Origin: Candidatus Nanohalarchaeota archaeon
GTDB taxonomy: Archaea > Nanohalarchaeota > Nanosalinia > Nanosalinales > JAFCCC01
Assembly: GCA_017610385.1 (NCBI GenBank)
Contig: JAFCCC010000001.1
Location: 1-64,000 of the forward strand
Direction: 5' to 3'
Length of the DNA stretch: 64,000 bases
Below, in pieces: positions 19,013 to 28,279 of the stretch. The position numbers and the translations under genes were made by a program. The notes under the pieces are model-generated. The model was not told the DNA's origin. It made no database searches and saw only the letters and a program-made list of their open reading frames with translations. Numbering within the stretch: the first letter of the stretch is position 1; every line of letters begins with the position of its first letter.

Positions 19013-20372
19013 TTTTTTCCTCTAAATTAAATCTCTTGACAACTTCATTTAAAAGGTTTATAAACTTTTCCTCATTTTCTTGGGGAATTCTTCCGCCGGC
19101 AGCTAATTTATGCCCACCTGCTTTTCCACCACAATCAGAACAAATTTCTGATAATATACTATTTATACAAAAGTTTTTATTTAATGCTTCTTGAGAAGAT
19201 CTGCCAGAAATTTTGATAGAATCATTTTCTGCATAAGCAGTACCAATTAGTACAGAGCACTTTAAAGTATTTGATCGATGCAAAATGGAGGTGATTGTTC
19301 CAATCATATTCGCATGAACTTTATTCTTTGCAATAATTACCTTTACCCAGTCCATCTGTCGAATAACTTCTGGATTTTGTATATTTTGCTCAACGTAATT
19401 TAAATATCTTGCAATTTTTCTTCCGTATTCTTTTGAAAGTTTATTTGCAATTTCCATATTATTAGTTAAACAGAGTTCTAACCCAACATCTGCTTTTTCT
19501 AAACGACCACAGGCATTCAACATAGACGAAAACTCAGAAATTTCCCAACCATTATCTAAAATCAAAATTTCACCTAGAAGTTCCTCTGCAGGGTAACCTC
19601 TAATTAACAATCCATTGATGATTTTTTTTTCTTCATCTAAATCTAAATCCTGAAAAGTCCTCCATTTTCCGTTTACCTTTAAGGGAATTCCTAATTCAGA
19701 AATAAATTGAACTGCACCGGATTCATTATATGTTATCCCTGGCAAATATGGTTCAGTTGTATAAGTTAATGCTTGGGGAATCGGTTTTCTTCCTCGACCA
19801 TAAATTTTTAAACCTTTTTTAGTTTTTAAAAGACCTAGTCGTTTAGCATCTTCTAAAAAACCTCTATTTAATCCTAAAAAACCATTTTCATCATTTTGAA
19901 TATCTCCTGTAGCACCAATCAAAGCAAAAGGAAGTAAATCTATGTTTTTGGAGTCAATCATTTTCATTAATAAATAAGTAATACCCGCACCAGAGATATC
20001 TTTTCCACCATCTATTCCAACTAGGTGTGGATTTAATTGAATCAACTTTGTTTCTTTCTCTGGCTGATGATGATCTGAAATAATTATTTTTTTAGTCTTT
20101 GCAATTTCTTCTAAGTTTGAAATTTGGCCAGAACCAATATCTGTAAATAAAATCAAAGGTTCTTCAAAGGTTTTAATTAATTCAACTTCTTTATCACCAA
20201 TTTCTTTTACAAAAGTGAATTTAACAGGAATATTTTCTCGTTTTAGGGCTTTATAAACTATGGCGGCGCTAGCGATACCGTCACAATCGTAATGAGAAAC
20301 ACAGTGAACACTTTTACTGGTTTTAAATTCATTAGATACTTTTTGTGCTAATTCAATCAGTTCTTTATTCAT
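18996..20372 (-). CDS. RecJ-like DHH phosphoesterase
   Basis: HYDCDG, DIGSG, DHH, GGH..AAG; sits between S15 and S3Ae. Confidence 0.92.
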   Translation of the reverse strand: MNKELIELAQKVSNEFKTSKSVHCVSHYDCDGIASAAIVYKALKRENIPVKFTFVKEIGDKEVELIKTFEEPLILFTDIGSGQISNLEEIAKTKKIIISDHHQPEKETKLIQLNPHLVGIDGGKDISGAGITYLLMKMIDSKNIDLLPFALIGATGDIQNDENGFLGLNRGFLEDAKRLGLLKTKKGLKIYGRGRKPIPQALTYTTEPYLPGITYNESGAVQFISELGIPLKVNGKWRTFQDLDLDEEKKIINGLLIRGYPAEELLGEILILDNGWEISEFSSMLNACGRLEKADVGLELCLTNNMEIANKLSKEYGRKIARYLNYVEQNIQNPEVIRQMDWVKVIIAKNKVHANMIGTITSILHRSNTLKCSVLIGTAYAENDSIKISGRSSQEALNKNFCINSILSEICSDCGGKAGGHKLAAGGRIPQENEEKFINLLNEVVKRFNLEEKNGKKN

Positions 20373-20387
20373 TCACATCACAAGAAT

Positions 20388-20801
20388 TTATTTGTTTGAA
20401 ACGTTCAAACCTTTTTTGGTGTAATATTTAACTAATCTTCTAATTTTCGCTTTGGTTAATCCCAAATATCTCTTGGCGTTCATATCTTTCTTATTTTTTT
20501 CTAAATGACCACCAATACTTTTTGCTTTATTTTTTAGATTAGATAAATCCTCTGGTTCTTTGTAAAGGTTTTCTTTCTTGAGTACAGAAGTAATACTTTC
20601 TCCTAAAATGGATTTTACATCGGGAATGCCATATTTATCCCTTAAAATTAAGCCAATCTTGGCGGCAGGAATATTTTTCTTCCTAAAATTAATAATCAAT
20701 TCTCTAATTTCTTCTTTTTTATATTTCACAAAATCAAGAGATTGTCCCCTTGGCTTTTTTGAGCCAGATTTTCCTTTTTTTCGCGAGTGCATTCTTGCCA
20801 T
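20388..20801 (-). CDS. rps15: 30S ribosomal protein S15/S13e
   Basis: MARMHSRKKGKSGS, IGLILRD, KIRRLVKYY. Confidence 0.96.
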   Translation of the reverse strand: MARMHSRKKGKSGSKKPRGQSLDFVKYKKEEIRELIINFRKKNIPAAKIGLILRDKYGIPDVKSILGESITSVLKKENLYKEPEDLSNLKNKAKSIGGHLEKNKKDMNAKRYLGLTKAKIRRLVKYYTKKGLNVSNK

Positions 20802-20885
20802 TTTTACTAAGTTTACTTTATGCATAAAGTTTTTAAACGTTTGCTGACCGAAAAGCTTTTTTAAAGAGATATACAAAAATAAAAT

Positions 20886-21497
20886 ATGATCTCAAAAGCA
20901 ACTCAAAAAAAGAGACTTCATCAAAATAAAATCATAATTATCTCAATTCTATTAGTCCTTGGAGGGGTAATAAGCATATATCTTTATCAATTTTCGGAAA
21001 TTTGGTGTGACTTGTGTATAGACCCACCTTCTGTTGAATATATAGCTCATACGTGTAACAGCACATGCAATATACTTTCCCAGCAAGAAGTAGATAGTGC
21101 AGAATATTTAGATACCGTTTGGGAATATTGCTATACGTGGGTAGGTGAGGCTGCGGGAGACTATCCTACACAATTAAGAAAAATGGATGATGGAAATTAT
21201 TTCTGTAAAGACGGAGTTCATTGCTTTAATCTACTAGAAAATTACTGCGAAGTAGAGGGCCAAATCATTACTCCAGAATATTGTAAAGATATTGCGTGTA
21301 GAATACTAAAAAATTCAGGAAAAACAGAGAAGGAATCCGAGAGGATTATTAAGAATAGGATAAATGAAGGTAGTTGTAGTTTAACAAAAGGTCATACACT
21401 TTGGGCCGGACTTAAAAAAAAGAAAATTACAGAAGAAACTTGGTGGGAATTATACTTTGAAAATCCGGATTGTTCTGCAGTTTTCAACAGTTCTTAA
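20886..21497 (+). CDS. Cys-rich membrane-anchored extracellular protein
   Basis: N-terminal TM followed by many Cys. Confidence 0.7.
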   Translation: MISKATQKKRLHQNKIIIISILLVLGGVISIYLYQFSEIWCDLCIDPPSVEYIAHTCNSTCNILSQQEVDSAEYLDTVWEYCYTWVGEAAGDYPTQLRKMDDGNYFCKDGVHCFNLLENYCEVEGQIITPEYCKDIACRILKNSGKTEKESERIIKNRINEGSCSLTKGHTLWAGLKKKKITEETWWELYFENPDCSAVFNSS

Positions 21498-21528
21498 CTT
21501 TTTATTCCAAAGGCAATAAATAGGTTTT

Positions 21529-21900
21529 ATGAATCTTGATTTAATTTTAAAATCAATAAAAGAAAAATCATTTTCTTTGGAGTTTCACTTATTTTAGTAA
21601 TTTACGTAGCAACAATGTTTTCAATTCCGCACCAAACTTTTGGTACAGGTTTGATGTTGCCAGTTTGGGCGAAGGTCATTTTGGCACCCTTATTACCCTT
21701 TTTAATTTTAGGGGGGTTTTAGTTCTATAGTTATGCTCTTTTTGATTTTACAAATTGTATATCTTTATCTTCTATGTGCAGTTATGATAACATTTGGGAA
21801 CAATAAAAAAGTCAGGCAGTGATAAAATTGTTTATGATCTTTTATTTTATCGCGTCGATCTTACCTTTCGTCATACTCTTTTTATTCATACAATAACAAG
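21529..21900 (+). pseudogene. frameshifted membrane-protein remnant (approximate ends)
   Basis: hydrophobic segments continue across two frameshifts, one at GGGGGGTTTT. Confidence 0.4.
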
Positions 21901-21908
21901 ATATCTGT

Positions 21909-22370
21909 ATGCAAAATTTTGAAATGGAATTGGTTAACTCTTTTAATAAATTCTTTGAAGAGAAAAAAATAAAGGCCATTGCATATAGAAGAAAACAAGC
22001 TAAATTCGCTGATCAATTCTGTGACGTTTTAGTAGATTCTGGTCATTCTGAATTTTATTTGGCAATTGAAAATAAATCAGTTAATTTAAATTCAACTAAA
22101 AAACTGTATTTTAGCCAACATTTCCATTGCAACGAACGAGATCAATTAGAAAGAATTACTGATTTCTTAGAAAAATCAGGAAGGAAGGGTTTTTTAGCTT
22201 TAGAGATCCGGGAAGGTCGCGGAAAACTAAAGCGCGCATTTCTAATTGATTGGGAAGTCATTTGGGAAAAATATCAGAATGGGGAAAAAGGATTAGATCT
22301 AACACAAATCAAAAAGCTGAAAGGTATAAAAGAATTGAAACGACAGTCTAAATATTACTTGATGGGGTGA
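21909..22370 (+). CDS. PD-(D/E)xK nuclease, Holliday-junction-resolvase-like
   Basis: FE...DVLVDS...AIENKS. Confidence 0.7.
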   Translation: MQNFEMELVNSFNKFFEEKKIKAIAYRRKQAKFADQFCDVLVDSGHSEFYLAIENKSVNLNSTKKLYFSQHFHCNERDQLERITDFLEKSGRKGFLALEIREGRGKLKRAFLIDWEVIWEKYQNGEKGLDLTQIKKLKGIKELKRQSKYYLMG

Positions 22371-22966
22371 AATTAATGAGGTGGTTCATATACACCAAAC
22401 GAGAGGTTGGTGATTTAATAATTTCTTGTTTAATTATGGGATTTTCATTCATGGTTCTCTTATTTGAACGTAGCATTGTTGGATATTTTTTGGCACTAGG
22501 TTTGTCTATTCTCTGTTTTATGCCTAAAGAATTATTGCAAAGAGGGTATGCAAGAAAACTTTCTATGTACTCTCAATATAAGATTTGGATTCCTGGATTA
22601 ATTATGGCCATAATTTCTCCATTCATGGGGTTTGCATTTGTTACGCCGGGTCACGTAGATTTTTCTTCAAAATATTATGAAAGATATGGAAGAAAGCAAA
22701 TTTCAATTTCAATGAAACAAATTGGAATAATTATAAATGCAGGATTTTGGTTTAGTATGGGTTTTGGGATATTTTCAATGATCTTGGGCATTAGTGGATT
22801 AACTATTTTTTCAACAATAGCTAAAATGAACTTCTATATTGCATTTTTCAATATGTGGCCTCTTGCAAATTTAGATGGAGTTAAAATTATCAGGTGGAAA
22901 CCATCTTTATGGGTTTTTTATATAATTCTGAGTTTAGGTTTTCTAATCGGCTCATATTTTGTATAG
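22367..22966 (+). CDS. M50 (site-2 protease) family membrane protein, probably inactive
   Basis: FNMWPLANLDG retained; HExxH replaced by KELLQ. Confidence 0.75.
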   Translation: MKLMRWFIYTKREVGDLIISCLIMGFSFMVLLFERSIVGYFLALGLSILCFMPKELLQRGYARKLSMYSQYKIWIPGLIMAIISPFMGFAFVTPGHVDFSSKYYERYGRKQISISMKQIGIIINAGFWFSMGFGIFSMILGISGLTIFSTIAKMNFYIAFFNMWPLANLDGVKIIRWKPSLWVFYIILSLGFLIGSYFV

Positions 22967-23014
22967 ATTAATCAACTTTTTTATTTAAGCGAAAATAATA
23001 TAGTATTGACTATT

Positions 23015-24307
23015 ATGCCAAAGATTACTATTGGACGAAGTAGAGGAGATTTACAAAAATTTGGACCGGATTTAGGAACAGCCTATTTAGGAAGAAGCCT
23101 GGTTGGAGAAAAGCGTGAATCCCATGCTGCAAATATGTTGCGCATGGATATTGCTAGACCGCATGTAATTGGCGTCTTTGGTAAAAGAGGCTCTGGAAAG
23201 TCTTATACTTTGGCTGTAATAGCAGAAGAATTAATGAATGCTCCTCCAGAGATCAAAGAAAATATTTCAGTCATAATTGTGGATACAATGGGTATTTATT
23301 GGTCTATGAAATATCCCAATGATCGAGAAGCAGTTTTACTAGAAAAATGGCATTTAAAACCAACTGCAATTGGCATGGAACATTATATTCCAGAGGGACA
23401 AGTAAAAACATTTCAAAAAAACAACATCCCATTTGACAAGACATTTATGTTAAATCCAGGCGATTTAGATTCTTCTGATTGGGCTATGTCATTTAATATT
23501 GACCCAAATGAACCGATGGGAATTTTATTAGATCGAGCCATTAGAAACGTAAGAGAAACTATCGGAGATGTTTTTTCTATTGAAGAAATTATTGAAAGTG
23601 TTCGTACTATTCAGGGATTCGAAAAAAAAGAACAAGAAGCATTAATAAATAGATTTTATAATGCGATGGAGTGGGGGGTTTTTTCAAAAAATTACACAAA
23701 CCTAAGTGATTTAATGTTAAGAGGAAAAGTTTCTGTTTTAGATGTGAGTTTATTTGGAGAAATAACCGGTGGTTGGTCTGTTAGATCATTAGTCGTAGGT
23801 TTACTTGCCAAAAAAATACTGAGAGACAGAATGGAAGCTAGAAGAGTTGAAGAACTTGAAGAAATGGAAGGTGCTGCTACGATGAATATGCCAATTGTTT
23901 GGATGATTTTAGATGAAGCACATACTTTTGCACCAAGAAAAGAAAAGACACCCGCGTCCGTACCTTTACAACAATGGGTTAAATTGGGAAGGCAACCAGG
24001 GGTCTCATTAGTTGTGGCCACACAAATGCCTAATAAACTTCATGAAGACATTATTGCACAAATGGATTTAGTAATAAGTCATAGATTAACCGCGAGCTCT
24101 GATTTGAATTCTCTAAAAGAAATCATGCAAACCTACATGAGATACGATCTTTCAACATATATAGATAATCTTCCTCGAAAGGCGGGTGCTGCGATTTGTT
24201 TGGATGATAATTCTGAAAGATTATACGCTTTGCAGGTAAGACCCAGATTGTCTTGGCATGGAGGAGATACCCCAATAGCAATCAAAAGAAGCAAGAAAAT
24301 AATATAA
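23015..24307 (+). CDS. HerA/DUF87-family P-loop ATPase
   Basis: GKRGSGKS, ILDEAH, GRQPG, ATQ. Confidence 0.88.
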   Translation: MPKITIGRSRGDLQKFGPDLGTAYLGRSLVGEKRESHAANMLRMDIARPHVIGVFGKRGSGKSYTLAVIAEELMNAPPEIKENISVIIVDTMGIYWSMKYPNDREAVLLEKWHLKPTAIGMEHYIPEGQVKTFQKNNIPFDKTFMLNPGDLDSSDWAMSFNIDPNEPMGILLDRAIRNVRETIGDVFSIEEIIESVRTIQGFEKKEQEALINRFYNAMEWGVFSKNYTNLSDLMLRGKVSVLDVSLFGEITGGWSVRSLVVGLLAKKILRDRMEARRVEELEEMEGAATMNMPIVWMILDEAHTFAPRKEKTPASVPLQQWVKLGRQPGVSLVVATQMPNKLHEDIIAQMDLVISHRLTASSDLNSLKEIMQTYMRYDLSTYIDNLPRKAGAAICLDDNSERLYALQVRPRLSWHGGDTPIAIKRSKKII

Positions 24308-24344
24308 ATACAACTATTTCAAGTTCACATTCTAAAAAAGAATT

Positions 24345-26537
24345 ATGCCTTTTATAGAACATCCTCTTCTCAAAAAAAATCAGATTGAACAGAGACTTTA
24401 TCAAGAAATAATGGTTGCACAAGCAATCAAAAACAATTTAATGTGTGTAATACCTACCGGATTAGGAAAAACTGCGATTGCATTAGTACTCGCGGCATAT
24501 AGATTACAAAAATTTACAAGCTCTAAAATAATTATGATGGCACCCACTAAACCCCTAGTAGAACAACACAAGAATTATTTTCAAAATTTGTTTGAACTTC
24601 CAGAAAAAGATTTTATAACACTTACTGGAAAAACACAACCTGCAGAACGGAAAGAACTATGGAAAACTGGGAAATTATTTTTTGCTACACCACAGGTTGT
24701 TGAGAATGATATTATTACTGGAATTCTAAATTTAGAAAACTTTTCATTAATTATTTTTGATGAATGTCACAGAGCAGTACGTGATTATCCGTATTCTTAC
24801 ATTGCAAATAAATATATGCAAAGCAGTAAATTCCCAAGAATATTGGCTCTAACTGCCTCTCCAGGCGGAACTAAATCTAAAATCGAATCTGTTGCACAAA
24901 ATTTATTTATTGAGGCCTATGAAATAAGAACTGATGAAGATCTTGATGTAAGACCATATATACAGAAAAAGAACATTGAATGGATTCGAGTTCCACTTTC
25001 AAGAAATTTTGAAAGAGTTAAAGTCAACTTAGATAGAGTCTATCGCAATATTTTAAAACAATTAAAAGAACTGGGCATAATTACTTCTATTTTAGGTATA
25101 AAAAAAAGTGGTTTATTAAAAATTAGGGGTTCTTTATCCTCGCGACTTTCTCAGGAAAACGATCCGAAAATTTACAAAGCCATTTCCTTAATTGCAGCAG
25201 CCATTAAACTACAATACGCGCTTGAACTATTACAAACTCAAGGAATATTTCCAGTATATAAATATTTAGAAAAATTGAAAAAAGATCATTCGAAAGCGGC
25301 TCAAAAATTATTAAATGATCCGCTAATTCAAAATGTTTACGCAATTGTAGAATGGATGTATAATAATCAAGAAGAACATCCAAAACTCATAAAATTAGAA
25401 GAGTTGCTTAAGAACTTTAAGGGAAAATGTATTGTTTTTACACAATATAGAAATACTGTAGATTTAATTTTTGAAAGATTGAAAAATAATAAAAATCTCT
25501 CGCCAGTAAAGTTTAAAGGCCAAAAAGAGGGATTTACTCAGAAAAAACAAATAGAGATTCTAGATAAATTTAGAAGTGGTAAATTTAATACATTAATATC
25601 TACCTCAGTAGGAGAAGAAGGATTAGATATACCGAATGTAGATTTAGTAGTTTTTTATGAACCCATTCCTTCAGAGATAAGATCCATACAAAGAAGAGGA
25701 CGAACTGCGAGACAGAAGGAAGGTAAAATTTGTGTATTAATCACCAAAGATACATTGGATGAAGCATATTACTGGAGTTCATTTCATAAAGAAAGAGAAA
25801 TGAAAAATACTTTAAAAATGTTGAGGGGTGATTCTGTAAATATGATAACAAAAAGAGAGAGACCGTTAGATTCATTTATACAATCCAAAAAGGAAGAAAA
25901 AGTTATAATATATTGCGATGATCGAGAAAGAAAATTAATCAAAGAATTAAGTAATTCAGACATAATAATTAGATCAGTTAGACTTCCAATCGCAGATTTT
26001 GTTATTTCAGAAAGAGTAGGCGTTGAAAGAAAAACTTCAAGCGATTTTGTTAATTCAATAATAGATCAGAGATTATTTATTCAATTAAAAGAACTTAAGA
26101 AAGAGTTTGAACTTCCAATTTTACTAATTGAAGGGAACTCTTTTTTTGAAAGGGGAGTACATCCGAATGCAATTTTTGGTGCGCTTTCGTCTATTGCATT
26201 AGATTTTCAGATCCCAATTTTATGGTCTTCTAATTTAAAAGAAACTAAAGGAATTTTGATTTCTTTAGCCAAGCGCGAACAATGTGAATCTAAAAAAAGT
26301 TTTAGCATCCGTGGGGCAAGAAAAATGAAAAATGCATTTGAATTGCAAAAATTCATTGTGAGTGGTCTCCCAAACATCAACAATTTGTTAGCAGAGAGGT
26401 TGTTGTCTCATTTCAAATCTATAAAAAAGATTTTTAGTGCATCTGAGAGCGAGCTTAAAGAAATTGAAGGTATTGGAAAAGAGAAATCAAAAAGGATTTT
26501 TGATATAATAAATTATCAACATAACAACAAAGATTAG
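24345..26537 (+). CDS. hef: Hef helicase-nuclease (FANCM/XPF-like)
   Basis: PTGLGKT, DECH, TASP, QRRGRTAR, ERCC4 ERKT, HhH. Confidence 0.95.
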   Translation: MPFIEHPLLKKNQIEQRLYQEIMVAQAIKNNLMCVIPTGLGKTAIALVLAAYRLQKFTSSKIIMMAPTKPLVEQHKNYFQNLFELPEKDFITLTGKTQPAERKELWKTGKLFFATPQVVENDIITGILNLENFSLIIFDECHRAVRDYPYSYIANKYMQSSKFPRILALTASPGGTKSKIESVAQNLFIEAYEIRTDEDLDVRPYIQKKNIEWIRVPLSRNFERVKVNLDRVYRNILKQLKELGIITSILGIKKSGLLKIRGSLSSRLSQENDPKIYKAISLIAAAIKLQYALELLQTQGIFPVYKYLEKLKKDHSKAAQKLLNDPLIQNVYAIVEWMYNNQEEHPKLIKLEELLKNFKGKCIVFTQYRNTVDLIFERLKNNKNLSPVKFKGQKEGFTQKKQIEILDKFRSGKFNTLISTSVGEEGLDIPNVDLVVFYEPIPSEIRSIQRRGRTARQKEGKICVLITKDTLDEAYYWSSFHKEREMKNTLKMLRGDSVNMITKRERPLDSFIQSKKEEKVIIYCDDRERKLIKELSNSDIIIRSVRLPIADFVISERVGVERKTSSDFVNSIIDQRLFIQLKELKKEFELPILLIEGNSFFERGVHPNAIFGALSSIALDFQIPILWSSNLKETKGILISLAKREQCESKKSFSIRGARKMKNAFELQKFIVSGLPNINNLLAERLLSHFKSIKKIFSASESELKEIEGIGKEKSKRIFDIINYQHNNKD

Positions 26538-27008
26538 CGCGTTAATGAATATTTTTTAATTCAGAATCGCTTTCTTTGGAATTTATAAATTTTTGTGAGA
26601 TTTTATTTTAATCTATAATCTTGAAAGTACCATAAAAAGTGTATAAAACGTTTAGAGAGCATATAAAGAACACTGGAGGGCGCATACAGATAAAAAAATT
26701 TTATAAAATTGTATAAAATAATTAGAGATAGAATCATAGGTTAATTTAATAAAGAACTGATTTTAAATTTCTGATTTATTAAAAGAAAATTATACAGCAG
26801 TCTTAAGTAATAATACGTTCTATCTGATTATAATAGTGCTCTGTTGATTTTCTGCAGGAGTTATAAAATTTATAGAGTGAAATAACCAAAAGAACAGATT
26901 AGTTTTCTAAAACGATGTCTATGCTATACGTTTTAAAGCAATAAAAAGGACACGGGGATTATGACTTCAAGTTAATAATATACAATAATCTAATTAATAT
27001 ACAAAGAA

Positions 27009-27587
27009 ATGAGGAATATTTATTTTTTTCAGAAACTCAGAAGATATTTTCAAAAATTAGAAAAGAGAATCACAAAGAAGTTTAATAATACTCAAATGCA
27101 ACTTTGGAATATTTTTATTTTCTTAATGATTTTTGCAAGTTCTGCTTTAATTTTACATCTTTTAATTTGGATAAATTGGAATCCTGTCATGCTTCAAAAG
27201 ATAGATGCATGGCTGGTTTCAAAGATATTAAATTTAATAGGAATAAATACTATCTGGATAGGAACTTACATTAAAATAAGTGGTTTTGGTCTCATAGAAA
27301 TTATTAAAGATTGTCTTGGTTGGAAATCTTTTATTGCATTAACTAGTTTGATTGTGGCAAGCAATTTTGTTTCATGGAAAAATAAACTTTTAGGAATCTT
27401 TTTTGGAATGATATTCGTTTTTATTATAAATATTATTAGATTAGTCACTACATTTTATTTGGCAACTAAACAAATTATTAGCTTTGAAGTAATTCATTCT
27501 ATTTTATGGCGATGGGGCTTAACTTTGTTTATACTTTTATTTTGGTATATTTGGATTAAAATTTATGATAATCACAAAAAGGTGTAA
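27009..27587 (+). CDS. archaeosortase/exosortase family protein
   Basis: multi-TM; IIKDCLG (Cys), NIIR (Arg), His. Confidence 0.8.
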   Translation: MRNIYFFQKLRRYFQKLEKRITKKFNNTQMQLWNIFIFLMIFASSALILHLLIWINWNPVMLQKIDAWLVSKILNLIGINTIWIGTYIKISGFGLIEIIKDCLGWKSFIALTSLIVASNFVSWKNKLLGIFFGMIFVFIINIIRLVTTFYLATKQIISFEVIHSILWRWGLTLFILLFWYIWIKIYDNHKKV

Positions 27588-27705
27588 TGATGAAAGAATT
27601 TGTAATAATAAAAGCAGAAAACAATGTAATGTTCTTTTTTTAGGGGGTTATTTTTAAAAGATTTGGTTTTATAAAGGATATTAAGCTTCTTATGAGGGGG
27701 TCAAT

Positions 27706-28278
27706 ATGGAAACTAAAAACATGAAAAATAATCAAAATGAAATAAAGATTGAAAATGTTGTTGCTTCTTGTGATTTAGAAACAAAACTGCCTTTAGATAA
27801 AATCGCAATGCAGATAGATAACACAGAATATGAACCAGAGCAATTTCCTGGTTTAGTATATAGAATAAAGGATCCCAAAGCAGCGGCTTTGTTATTTGGA
27901 TCAGGAAAAGTTGTTTGTACCGGTACAAAATCACCAGAACAAGCAAAGATTGCAGTACAAAAAATAATAGAAGAATTAAATCAATCAAACATCCCTGTAA
28001 AAAGTAATCCTATAATCCATGTACAAAATATTGTAGCGTCAGCATCCTTACACGAAAAATTAAACTTGAACAAAATCGCTTTTGACTTGGAAGGTACAGA
28101 ATATGAACCAGAGCAATTTCCTGGTTTAGTATATAGATTAAAAGTACCGAAAGTTGCATTTTTGTTGTTCAGCTCCGGAAAGATTGTCTGTACGGGGGGA
28201 AAGAAGTATGAAGATGTTGAGATTGGAATAGAGAAAATGAAAGACAATTTGAGAGAAATCAACGCCTTAAAAGGTTAA
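27706..28278 (+). CDS. tbp: TATA-box binding protein
   Basis: two NV/IVAS...YEPEQFPGLVYR repeats. Confidence 0.98.
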   Translation: METKNMKNNQNEIKIENVVASCDLETKLPLDKIAMQIDNTEYEPEQFPGLVYRIKDPKAAALLFGSGKVVCTGTKSPEQAKIAVQKIIEELNQSNIPVKSNPIIHVQNIVASASLHEKLNLNKIAFDLEGTEYEPEQFPGLVYRLKVPKVAFLLFSSGKIVCTGGKKYEDVEIGIEKMKDNLREINALKG

Positions 28279-28279
28279 A

